Origin: Chiloscyllium plagiosum
Lineage: Eukaryota
Assembly (NCBI RefSeq): GCF_004010195.1
Contig: NC_057718.1
Coordinates: 40,192,101-40,256,100 of the forward strand
Direction of reading: 5' to 3'
Length of the DNA: 64,000 nucleotides
Shown here: positions 40,031 through 50,965 of the stretch, one piece after another
Position numbering within the stretch: position 1 is the first letter of the stretch
Layout of the letters: every line of letters begins with the position of its first letter
Notes under the pieces: generated by a model
What the model was told of the DNA's origin: nothing
The model's input: only the letters and a program-made list of their open reading frames with translations
Databases searched by the model: none
Position numbers and translations under genes: made by a program

Positions 40031-40375
40031 ACCTTGACAAAGTTAGTAAGAGAGGAATCCTGGCTGATTATTGTCCTCCAAGTCAACAAACATAAAGCAG
40101 AATTTCAGCATCCTTCCAGCAACCAAACAAGTATCAACTAGTGATTTGAACCATTAACACTCATCTTAAGTTAACTGGTGGGACATACAGTTTGTCAAGG
40201 TAACTGATAATTACTGAAGGATTGAAAGCAACTGTTCACTTGCTGTTCAAATGTCAACCTAGATAAAGTAGTATTGTCAGGCTGTTCACTCACAGTATTA
40301 GAAATGCTTAACATATACTTAAAAATGTGTTGCTGGAAAAGTGCAGCAGGTCAGGCAGCATAAAAGGAGAAGGAG

Positions 40376-40411
40376 AATCGACGTTTCGGGCATAAGCCCT
40401 TCTTCAGGAAT
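40376..40411 (-). ncRNA. Minimal type-I hammerhead motif, mirror copy, sense to IARS2 pre-mRNA
   Basis: Exact reverse complement of 40645-40680. Confidence 0.75.
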
Positions 40412-40644
40412 GAGGAGGGTGTGCCAAGCAGGCTAAGATAAAAGGTAGGGAAGAGGGACTTGGGGGACGGGCATTGGGAATGCGATAGGTAGAAGGAGGT
40501 TAAGGTGAGGGTGATAGGCCAGAGACCCCCTCTCCAGCCTATCTCCCTCACCTTAACCTCCTTCTACCTATCGCATTCCCAACGCCCCTCCCCCAAGTCC
40601 CTCCTCCCAATCTTTTATCTTAGCCTGCTTGGCACACCCTCCTC

Positions 40645-40680
40645 ATTCCTGAAGAAGGGCTTATGCCCGAAACGTCGATT
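40645..40680 (+). ncRNA. Minimal type-I hammerhead ribozyme motif (predicted cleavage after 40676)
   Basis: ATTC-CTGAAGA-A-GGGC-TTAT-GCCC-GAAAC-GTC-GATT: core intact, 4-bp stem II, palindromic ACGU stem III, weak stem I. Confidence 0.75.
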
Positions 40681-40951
40681 CTCCTTCTCCTTTGATGCTG
40701 CCTGACCTGCTGCGCTTTTCCAGCAACACATTTTTAAGCTCTGATCCCCAGCATCTGCTGTCCTCACTTTCTCCTTTACTTAACATATAGCCTTTATATA
40801 AAAGGCAGTGCATAACAAAGCACCAACCACTCTCCATTCTACCTATATTTTTCCCTAGATTTGATACACCGTTATTTAATGAGCTGCATCCCCAAGCTGA
40901 ATCTGAGCCAAAACTCCTACAGCGAACAATACTAAATTTGTGACACTCTAC

Positions 40952-41061
40952 CTGATGCTGAAGCTAATTTGGAGGGGACTTTTATGAGAGGAAACTTGAC
41001 ATATGCCGATCGACTAACATGCTGCTGATTGTATTCAAGTTCAGCTTCAGCCAAGGCTGTT
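40952..41061 (-). CDS. IARS2: IARS2 exon 6
   Basis: (R)[36 protein letters not shown]+G; 110 nt, phase 2-1. Confidence 0.96.
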
Positions 41062-41156
41062 CTGCAAAGATAGATGGAAAAAAAAATAACAAACATTGTA
41101 CTCTGTGAAAAATAACTAAAACTTCCAAATTACCAACAATAAAAGAAGTGACAAAC

Positions 41157-41206
41157 CTTGTGGAAGGAGACCAAAATACGGGTTTGTAGTCTTGATAAAT
41201 ATACCC
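41157..41206 (-). CDS. IARS2: IARS2 exon 5
   Basis: GYIYQDYKPVFWSPST+AG; 50 nt, phase 0-2. Confidence 0.95.
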
Positions 41207-41284
41207 CTTAAGGCGAAGAGAAGTAAAATTACCAGATTATCAAGATTTGGACAACACGTGAAACTTACAAGAACAATAAAATAC

Positions 41285-41433
41285 CTCATCAAACATTTTG
41301 TGGAAAACTTCTAACTGTTTAGCTTCATACTGTTTGTCAAATGTATAATAACATTTATCCCAATCAGCCATCACGCCCCATCGAATAAACGCTGCTCGTT
41401 GGCGCTCAATTGTTCTTTCTGCAAATTCTTTGG
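41285..41433 (-). CDS. IARS2: IARS2 exon 4
   Basis: (A)[49 protein letters not shown]; 149 nt, phase 1-0. Confidence 0.96.
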
Positions 41434-42801
41434 CTAGAAGACAAAAATGACATAAAACACATTAAGTTACGAGAAACTTTGGTCTGTTGACTCTCCTGCA
41501 CTCCTCCATACGAAAAGGTTCTAATCAAGGTTGCAAGGAGGTGGGACAGAGAACAGCACCTCCTTCGATCTTAAAAGCTGAAAGTACAAATGCATTTTTG
41601 CTGTGGTCGTTTAAGAGTTAGTATCATTTTGTAGTGATGAGTTTGATACTGTCTCAAAAATAGTTACCATCAAACTCTTATACTTAATTAAGTTTTCTTT
41701 TGTGAGTTCTGCCTGGTGGACCTGCATTTATTGCCCACTCCTAAGATGCTCATGAGAAGTTAAATCAGAAGTTTTGTAACTTAAAATGGAGTGTAGGAAC
41801 GATCACAGTATAACTGTTTTCATTCACTCAAATTTTCCCTGTGTCTGGCCAGTTCCACACCATCTCCGTCCCCAAATTTTAACTCCTGCATTATCATAAG
41901 CATCACAACAGATTAGTATTGAAACCAACTTCCTCAAGAATAAATCTCTGTTGAAGGCATAAGTTAGGGTTCCAGAATTGACAAACATTTCTCAAGAATA
42001 TCAGAGCCTTAACACTCTACTGACACTATGTTGTGCCGCTGATAAATAATTCCTGCAATCAGACATCCTTAAACAGCCAACTAAAATCTGTTAACCCATG
42101 CAAACCGGTTTAAAAAAAATGGCTGACAAAGATCTTAGCTGTTCTCTAACTTTATTGGAGGATTGAGATCGTAACTGAGCTCAGGGCTAATGAAAAGGAA
42201 AGCTGATGCTTTTAATCACTACTCAGAAAATCGAGGCTGGAAATGCATTCATGCACATTAATATGGAAAGCATTAGGTTTGGTTCTGATTCTACCACTGG
42301 TGAAATAGCTAGCCAAAAATAACATTCAAGTTTTATATGGGGGGAAATACCAGATGACCTGCCGTAACTGCGGAACAACACCAGAGAAGATTCAATAGCA
42401 TGAGGAGGAGAACAAAACCTAAGAAAAAACTGAAGCATAGGCAAGTTAGAACTTTCGCACTCCTTCTGTTTTCTTCTCTCTTGTTGTCACATGTAATTAA
42501 CAAAACAAATGGCTTTTGCATTTAACAAATGTTCAAACCAACAATGCGAAAATCTATACATTAGAAATGTACAAGAATAAAATACCCTCCAAGACATAAT
42601 CTGCAATTAAGAAATAAAAATCACATGTACTAAAGCTGGACAGCTAAAGCTGGACAGTTGAAGTTATTTTTACAGCTTAGTTACTGATTTCAAACTATTT
42701 CAAAAAGGTTCAGCTGTAATTATTTGCAATGTTGGTAAATAGGGAGAGAACATCTTCAGATATTTGAATTAACTAATGTTGATGGCATGGAAAAAGTGTA
42801 C

Positions 42802-42961
42802 CTTTTTGTCTGATCTCGATAGGAAAAAGTGTTTTAGCTTCTTCACCACATTCTGCCAATGCTCTAAGTTCAATAGGCAACCCATGACAATCCCAGCCTG
42901 GTACAAAGTGAACTCTGGAGCCTCTCATCAGCTGAAACCTATTAATGATATCCTTCAATAT
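42802..42961 (-). CDS. IARS2: IARS2 exon 3
   Basis: [31 protein letters not shown]...IRQK+G; 160 nt; AG/GT flanks; [11 protein letters not shown] is the IleRS signature. Confidence 0.97.
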
Positions 42962-43150
42962 CTGCAGTTAGGGGAATTAGAAAATAATGACAAGTCATGG
43001 AATAATATTATATCACTTATATAAATATATACTTTATCTCTAAATAAAATTATTCCAAGCACAACACATTATCAAATTATGATTTGTAAATCTCACACAG
43101 AATACGAAGTATCTTAATATGAGGAAAACTGCAAAAAATGTATACGTTTA

Positions 43151-43297
<147 letters not shown>

Positions 43298-43521
43298 CTA
43301 TGAAAACAAGAAATGTCAAGATTTCAATGACTTGCAAAATCTTTCCAATTGACTACACATATAAACTCAAAGGCAACCAATGAATAAGTGTTTATAAGAT
43401 AAACATGAAGGAAAAAATTCTCTATTACTTCATCAATTCTTCAATGTATGGCATGCAGGAATAAATCAAATGTGTTCCTTGTGAGAAATGGTTTAAAAGG
43501 CATGGGACAACTATCGACATA

Positions 43522-43719
43522 TAGGCAGTCTCCCATTTATTAAAGGGTTCCATTCTGAAGTCTGTTGACAAGTCAATTTGTATGCAAGTCAGTACTCAAT
43601 GCACAACAATAAAGAAGTGCCATGCATAAAGTACAGGAAGTATTCAAGTCAGATCATTAAAATTACACCCCTACATGAGGTCACGTTCATAAGTCGGTTT
43701 GTAGATCAGGGACCCCCTG
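43522..43719. mobile_element. Possible decayed Tigger/pogo-like MITE
   Basis: TA-TAGGCAGTCTCC ... GGGACCCCCTG-TA imperfect TIR. Confidence 0.35.
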
Positions 43720-44145
43720 TAATTCAGTCCTAACTTTGTATTTCCATTACAATTCCTATATCCATAGGAATAGAAATTGAAGAAAATCTTTTTCACACTG
43801 GTTATGGTCTGGAATGCATTAACTGAGAATGAGTGATCAAGGCACACTCAAATGCTTAATGGAAGGATTCACAAGGGAATTGGACTTTAGCTGGAAAAAG
43901 AAGAATGCGCATTGTTACAGGGAGAAGGAAGGAAAATGGCACCAGATGTCATGCAGACATTGTAACCAAAGAGCCTCCTTCGCTGTTTTGTCAGTTCTGT
44001 GATTCAGTGTCCACAGCTCTCACTTATGCAGTCAAACAATAGGCAATGCACACCAGCAGTAGCTATACACTAGTACCCCACTTCAACAGATGAACTAAAG
44101 CTCGAGTCTGACATAACTAGCCTTCTATGTGGTCAGTTGGGTGCT

Positions 44146-44370
44146 TGGAGAAAGTGAGGACTGCAGAGTCTGGAGATCAGAGTCAAAAAGTGTTGTGTTG
44201 GAAAAGCACAGTGGGTCAGGCAGCATCCAAGGAGCAGGAGAGGCGATGTTTCAAGCATAAGTTCTTTATCAGGAATGTTGGGGATGAAAAGCTTATGCTT
44301 GAAACGTGGACTCTCCTGCTCCTCAGATGCTGCCTGACCCGCTGTGCTTTTCCAGCACCGCACTTTTTGA
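44146..44370. mobile_element. Fold-back Penelope-like remnant with decayed hammerhead motifs
   Basis: Inverted arms; TSD CAGTTGG(G/A)TGCT (44134-44145, 44371-44382); stem II AAGC-TTAT-GCTT before GAAAC. Confidence 0.78.
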
Positions 44371-45028
44371 CAGTTGGATGCTGCAGATGATCGTAGCTCT
44401 GAAGAGGGACACCAGGGAAATATGTGGTACAACAAGGGCACCACGCTGATGAAGTAGATTGGTAGCCTGACGCTCAAAAAGCAGTGAGACTTCATGGAGG
44501 ACCATCTCAGTCAGCAATGAAAATATGTCATCAAATGGAACAAAATCATAAGAAATAGGGGCTATTCAACCCATCAAGTCTGCTGTGCCATGCAATGAGG
44601 TCATGATAACCCCTCAACTCTATTTCCTGCCTTTTCCCTGTTACTCTTGATTCCCTTGCTGATTAAACATCAGTTTATCTCGTCCTTGAATATACTAAAG
44701 GACAGTGCCCCCTGCAGTAAAGAATTCTACAGACTCATATTCCCACTGCGAGAGGAAATGCCTCCTCATCTCTGCCCCAGCTGTTGCAAAGGGACTTGGG
44801 AGAAGACTCTGCTTTCCCACCTGCCCACAGTAGACAGATCAGTGACACACTCATCTCCCTTTTGGCGTGACTAAACCTCTGGGACCAAGTCAACAGCCTG
44901 GTCGGGCTGAGTGCTGTGGGGCTCTGGCACTTTGCAGAGTGAAGCCCTTGCTGCCAGCCTCACTGACTGACCAATCAGCACTATCCTGGACACTGTTCCC
45001 CTGCCCTCCCCACACCACCCCACTCCTG

Positions 45029-45090
45029 ACTGCCCCTGTCCTGGACACTGACCCTGTCCTGGACACTGACCCTGTCCTGGACACTGCCCC
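45029..45090. repeat. 18-bp minisatellite (about 3.4 copies) at the 5' end of IARS2 intron 1
   Basis: Unit ACTG(A/C)CCCTGTCCTGGAC; extra partial unit near 44984. Confidence 0.85.
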
Positions 45091-45117
45091 GCTCCCACAC
45101 CCCTCACCCTCCCCTAC

Positions 45118-45324
45118 CCTCTGGATCTGCAGCTCCTTTTCCAGCAGCTCCTGGCCGCTCGGTCTCATGGGGAAGTCGGTGCGGGGCAGCAGCACCGTCT
45201 CCCGGTATTTGTTGCTGCTCGCGCTCGAATTCCAGCTGGTGACCGACTGCCGGTACCGGGCGGCGGCATCCCGCAGTTTCCCGGTTAGTGAGGAGCCGCG
45301 GCGGGCTCTCAGCATCACAATCAT
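45118..45324 (-). CDS. IARS2: IARS2 coding exon 1 (Arg-rich putative mitochondrial presequence plus start of mature IleRS)
   Basis: TCCGCC-ATG Kozak context at 45324 in a CpG-rich patch; MIVMLRARRG...KYRETVLLPRTDFPMR...ELQIQR (69 codons); donor AGG|GTAGGG at 45117. A second in-frame ATG lies at 45315. Confidence 0.88.
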
Positions 45325-45480
45325 GGCGGACACTGCGGCCGGTGGGCACCAGGACCCAGCGGCGACCACGCCAGTAGCAACGGCGGCCACCGAGGCTCAG
45401 AACGCGCGTGCCAAAAGCCGCAGCCTGCCTCCTTTCCCCCCCGGAACACCTCAGCAACACCCTCTACCGCCCAGCTGAGT
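45130..45480 (-). promoter_or_regulatory. CpG-rich patch over the IARS2 first exon / probable promoter
   Basis: Dense CpG and high GC in an otherwise AT-rich, CpG-depleted window. Confidence 0.6.
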
Positions 45481-45675
45481 ATCCAACAGCTGTCACTTCA
45501 GGATACACCAAAGAAAATCTTTTAATTGCAAACCAACAGAAAAATCTGGATCTGTCTTTATTTTCTCTCAGCACATGGAGCTTTAAACCAAAAAATATCA
45601 AGCCTATAGAGGCAAAATGTCACAAATCTTCTAGAAGTAGCAACCAGTGCAACAATTTTAATTAACTTTATTTCA

Positions 45676-45804
45676 AAGTCATAAATCAGATGACACTGGC
45701 TTACAGTCCAGCACATTTATTTGAAATCACAAGCTTTTGAAGCGTTGCCCCTTCATCACCTTGCCCACCCCGTCCAACACCGCCACTTCCACATCATGCC
45801 CACC
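45676..45804. mobile_element. Short Penelope-like terminal remnant (AGCT-palindrome family)
   Basis: Perfect 12-bp TSD AACTTTATTTCA (45664-45675, 45805-45816); minus strand TGATGA-A-GGGGC-AAC-GCTTC-AAAAGCTT-GTG; similar to 63215-63646. Confidence 0.65.
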
Positions 45805-45832
45805 AACTTTATTTCAGGTTCATTAAAGGCAT

Positions 45833-46635
45833 AAAAACTGAAAGAACTGTGAATGCTGGAATGCAGAAACAAAAATAGAAATTATAGATGGTGTAATTTC
45901 TATCCATGTACCTCCTTCCTCCTCAGTATCCAAGGACCCAAACACACCTTCAAGGTGGAGCAGTGCTTTAAGTGCACTGCATAATCTAGTCTATTGCATT
46001 TGCTGCTCACAATGTGGTCTCCTCTACATTGGGGAAACAAAAGTTTAGACTGGGTGACTGCTTTGCAGAACACCTAGTTCTGCCCGCAAAAAAGGCCCTG
46101 AGCCTCCACCTGCCTGCCACTTCAATACACCATTGTGTTCTCTGGCCAACATCTCTGTCTCAGGTTTGCTGTAGTGCTCCAGCGAAGGTCAGTGCAAGTT
46201 GGAAGAACAACACCAAATTTTTCGCTTGCGACCCTGTAACCTTCTGGACTCAACAAGTACAATAACTTTAAGGCTTGAACTGCCCCATGTCTTTACTCTA
46301 ACCCCAACACACCAGGCCTTACTGTCACATAGTCTGCCATTGCACACAACCTATTGTTAGCAACTAACAGTCCCCAGTAATAGCTATTTACACTCCGAAC
46401 AAGATCGTTATCCACTCTGTAGTCTGTCCAATTGTTCTTCTTTCTCTTTGGGCTTTATCCCAACCTAGAATTTACTCCTTACCGCCTCATCCAACCCTAT
46501 CTTCTCCATATAAAACAACATTTCCTAGCTACCATCAGTTCTAAGGAAGAGTCACTCAACCTGAAACGTTAACTTTAATTCTCTCCATAGATGCTGCCAG
46601 ACCTGCTGAGCTTTTCCAGCAATTTCTGTTTTTGT
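45833..46635 (+). mobile_element. Penelope-like element 3' fragment: GIY-YIG domain, 3' UTR, decayed hammerhead, short inverted tail at the 5' end
   Basis: NLVYCICCSQCGLLYIGETK (45983-46042), frameshift, then RLGDCFAEHL; AGTT-CTAAGGA...GAAACGTT-AACT at 46537-46574; 14-bp TSD TTCATT(A/C)AAGGCAT (45819-45832, 46636-46649). Confidence 0.88.
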
Positions 46636-46874
46636 TTCATTCAAGGCATGTTTATTATCAGGAATACTGATTAAACAATATTGTCTGGTCAGTTCCAATT
46701 GCCATGTTCACCCGAGCATATCCCTTTTTATGGAAAATGAACAAACTCATCATGACCAATTAAATTTTGCAATTGTCTTTCAAACAACTTTTCCCTTTCT
46801 CTGATACTTTTTAATCTCATTCATTACATTATAAGAATGATTTCCTTGATATTTCTTTTCGAAAGCAGCATCCA

Positions 46875-47326
46875 GATAGAGTCATAGAGATGTATAGCAC
46901 AGAAACAACTTGACCATACCAACCAGATATCCTCGATAAATCTAGTCGCATTTGCCAGCATTTGGCCCGTCCTATTCGTACACCCATCCACATGCCTTTT
47001 AAATCGTTTTATTGAACCAGCCTCCACCACTTCCTGTGGCAACTCACTCCATAAATACACCACCTTCTGTGTGAAGAAGTTGCCCTTTAGGCCCTGTTTA
47101 AATCATTCCCCTCCCACCTTAAACCTTTGCCCTCTAGTTTTGGACTCTCCTTCACTGGGGAAAAGACCTTGTCTATTTGCCCTATCCATGCCCCTCATGA
47201 CTTAATAAACCTCTTATAAGTTTAGCCCTCAGCCTTTGATTCTCTAGGGAAAATAGCCCCAGCCTATTTGCCTCTTCCTACAGCTAAAACTATCCAACCC
47301 TGGCAATATCCTTGCAAATCTTTTCC
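46875..47326 (-). mobile_element. CR1 3' fragment
   Basis: VYLWSELPQEVVEAGSIKRFKRHVD. Confidence 0.8.
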
Positions 47327-48578
47327 TTGGTGAAGATTATAAATCTTTTTAAATTTCCTGGATTCTTCAGGTCAACCTTATATGATTAGTTAGCAACAAT
47401 ACCAAATACAGGAAAGTGATTTTAATGAACACTTTCTATTTGATGGACCATAAGGATTTTCCTTGTGGCTTAGTTATTTATGGAAGCAAAAATAGGTTAC
47501 TCAGCTCCTCAAGTATGTTCTACCAGTATGTTAAGGCATAGGAATTGGTTTAGCTCAGTTAGCTGGATTGTTGGTTTGCAGAGTAGCATGTTGCCAACAG
47601 TATGGGTTCAATTCTCATTACTAGTTTGAGGTTACTATGAAAGACCCTCCTTCTCAGCCTCTCTTCCCTTGTATGAGAGCAGGTAGCCCCCAGATTAAGT
47701 CACCTATCTTTAATGAGAGAACTGGCTATGCAACATATTAGTTCATATCTGATTCTTGCCACCACTTTCTCTGCATCCCTTGATGCCCTGATTCAAAAAA
47801 CTGTTGATCTTAGACTTCAAATTGACCCAGCTTCCACAGCCTCTTGATGTAACTGCTTCCTAAATTCATTCCTAAATGGTCTGGTTCTAATTTTAAGATT
47901 GTTGCCCCCTGTACTTGACTTACCCACCAGACAAAATGATTTATCTGCAAAAACCGTGCTGAGACCACGTAATAACAGTTTTCGACTTGTATGAACAGTG
48001 TCCTTTTATTTTTGTGTCTTTGAAAACTGAATTGCAAGGAGTAAGAACTGCTTTTAAAATTAGGAATTTACAAGGAAGGCTGCCGAATTTCAGAAAATAA
48101 GGATTCCATACTTATTTTGATTGTGGACAGGGCAAGAGAAATGGTTATGTGTGTTTTTTTAATATGGGTAGTTTTCGTATAAAGTGTATTTTGACATTGT
48201 GATTTGGCTGTTATGTCGCTGAAGAATTAGTGAGCAGTATTTTCAAGAATGCTTACCTGTTCACCATTGTGCGATTCCAGTAGTGATTGTTTTGCACACT
48301 TTGTTCTGCGCATGTGCTGATGTCATCTGTCGTCAGAGCATGTGAGAGGTACACTACATTGAGCAGCTTCATCTCAAAAATTAAACGAATGAATGTTCAT
48401 TGCTCTGCCTCTGAAAGTATTCTTGTGTAATTCCTGTACAAGCCTTGTAGAATTCCTGCGGGACTGCATTACTCTTAAGCATACCATTTGCCTTTCTAAT
48501 TTGTTCTAATATTTGCATATCACACAATCTAAACCAACCCCCAAGAAACAGTCAGGAGACAATCAATCACACCCATCT

Positions 48579-48897
48579 GGGGTAGCATGGTACTTAAGTG
48601 GTTAGCACTGCTGCCTCACAGTGCCAGGTACCTGGGTTCCATTCCAGCCCTGTGCAACTGTCTGTGTGCAGTTTGTACATTCTCACTGTGTCTGCATAGG
48701 TTTCCTCCAGGTGCTCCGGTTTCCTCCCACAATGCAAAAACATGGGTTAGGTGAATTTGCCTAGCTAAATTGCCCATAGTGTTCACAGATGTGTAGGTTA
48801 GGCGTATTACCAGGGGTAAATGTAGGAGAATGGGTCCCTTTGGAGGGTCAGTGTGGACTTTTAGGGCTGAAGAGCCTGTTTCCTCTAAGGATTCTAT
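48579..48897 (+). mobile_element. HE1-like SINE
   Basis: GTGGTTAGCACTGCTGCCTCACAG...GGTTCCATTCC head and the same body. Confidence 0.82.
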
Positions 48898-49454
48898 GAA
48901 TTATCACAACTGATCCTGAAGATGATGACCCTCTGTCCCAGCATTAACAAATAATTTTTTTTCAATGTAGTGTTAAATTTACTTTTCTTTTGTTAATAAA
49001 AATGATTTAAATGTTCACTCAGGCTTTGCCAAACTTTGTGTTAGGGTTTTGGCAGACTTTTGAGTGATTGTGAGTGATATTTTTTGCTGGTCTGCCCCGA
49101 CCCCATTTATCCCATAGACCCCGTTATTTATATTAAGCGATTTTCTATGAAATGAAATTTCGCTGGAATGCTAGCAGGCGTTATAGGAGAACTACCTATA
49201 TGCAGACCATCACATTTTCACATTCCAAAGGAATGTTTGTTGCAACAATATCCATTGTATGCATATTGTAAATTGTCTCAGAATATTATTCTGGACAAAA
49301 ACAAGAAAGAGGACACGATGTTCTGGTGATATTAATGCAAAACAATTTCTCGTGTTTGGATCACCCCCAGTTACACTTTACAAACAGTAAGAAGGGGTGG
49401 TCCCACCTTTGTTTTAGGTTTCAGGGGAGTTGTCGATGTGAGTGATTGCTGGTT

Positions 49455-49770
49455 ATATTAGGGCATGCGCGCAGCCGCGGAGTGACAGGCGGCTCGGCTC
49501 TGCACTTGGTAGCTTCCTTGATCTTCTTTCAGCCACTGGGTGGTATATTTTCCTCGATTGTGCAATTTATTTTCTCGTTGCTCTGCTGCAAACCATGTCG
49601 TCCGCGAGTCCGGCTTTTCTGATGCGGCTTATGGCATCGACCTTTTCCATTGCGGAGAAGGCGCAGACCATAGTCCAGCAGGTGATGAGTGGAGGAGACC
49701 TGGGCATTGTGGAGAAGGTGGGTTTGTGCAAGGACAGGCCCGTACTCTGATGTTGTACTTGCTCGACTTC
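49455..49770 (+). promoter_or_regulatory. CpG-enriched patch at the BPNT1 5' end with an NRF1-like GCATGCGC (49463-49470)
   Basis: Local CpG enrichment upstream of and within the first coding exon; motif match by eye only. Confidence 0.45.
49595..49717 (+). CDS. BPNT1: BPNT1 first coding exon
   Basis: [47 protein letters not shown]|gtgggt; 123 nt; in a CpG-rich patch. Confidence 0.93.
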
Positions 49771-50965
49771 AGCAACTGTTGATCAGGGCAGTTACAGATT
49801 TCAGCAACAACTTTCATTTCCCAACTGGAGAAAGTTCAGTTGCGTGCATGTCCGTAATGCTTTATTTTTTTTTCTCTCTTATCTCTATTGTACTTTTGGA
49901 CAGGGTTTTTTTTTACAATCTGTTCCTGCCATGCTTACTGTTATCACACCAGATATTACGATTGTGTTTGGAGTGGCGTTAAATCGAACTTGCATTTACA
50001 TTAACCCCTCATTTACATTTCACACATTAATTTATTTGAAAATGGCAGCACGATTCAATGTGCAGCCTCTCACTTTGTGTAAAATTCCTTAACTGGTTCT
50101 TAGCAAAACAAGTAAAGCAGTGTTGAGTGGTGTCTAATTGCAATTGATCGCTCTTGATTTGATGCAGCTTAGTTTTTTAAACCGGTAATTTAACAGAATT
50201 AAACAAAAAACTTGTTTTTTCCAAGCTAGACCTTGCTCTGACCTTTGGCATGCACCAATACATGCTGTGAAATTCCTTGTACTGTAGATATATGTAGTGA
50301 CAAGCATTCTGGAGTGAATCACTAGATATCCAGTCACCTTGTGTTTTGCTGATAAAGGAGAAAAACATGCGAGAAAAAACAATCGTGCATTATTGCCTCG
50401 GTCTCTACATTTATTTTTGAATTATGTTTTGTTTTCCTGAAGGCCTTCACTCCTTTTAAGATACACTTTTGGGGCACTGATGTGTTTTTCTGCCTAGTGC
50501 CCATTCTGCGTGAGCCTGAACTGTGGTTGGAAGCAGGTTAACCAACTATGGAGGACATAACAGAGGAACCCAGCCTTCCTACCTGATGTCCACAGACTTT
50601 GAATTTTCCTGCAATGAGTGCTGAGTCTAGTTGTAGCTCCTAAGATGCTGCCCTGACTGAGATCAGCAACTTGGTGCAATCAAAGGAATCAATACCTGGG
50701 ACTTTCTGGCTTGTAAGAATAATTTTAAGATGTTTTGAATTATATAGCTTGGGGAGATATCCATTATGTAATGCTGCCTGCCAGTTCTACAACTGCCATA
50801 AAAATACATAACCAAATCTTTGAATTTTTTGTATAATTACATGCTTTACTTCATAATGTATTGCATGTCTAAAGTTCGTAGTAATTTATAAATCTTTGCA
50901 TAGTTATCCAATGGCAAAGTGTAGAATTATTAATATTTGCATAATGTCTGTCATTGGATTGATTT

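Larger units (their letters stand above)
40318..40778. mobile_element. Fold-back Penelope-like element remnant with two hammerhead motifs
   Basis: Inverted arms 40318-40519 / 40537-40738; perfect 11-bp TSD CTTAACATATA (40307-40317, 40779-40789). Confidence 0.85.

Noticed and set aside
40351..40705. Two near-identical 66-aa ORFs on opposite strands
   Set aside because: By-product of the inverted repeat, not a duplicated gene.
45325..45390. N-terminal extension of IARS2 suggested by the ORF track (MAAVATG...)
   Set aside because: Starts at GTG; the first ATG with a good Kozak context is at 45324.
44867..45478. 203-aa plus-strand ORF antisense to IARS2 exon 1
   Set aside because: Non-ATG start; open only because of high GC and the 18-bp repeat; shadow of the real exon.
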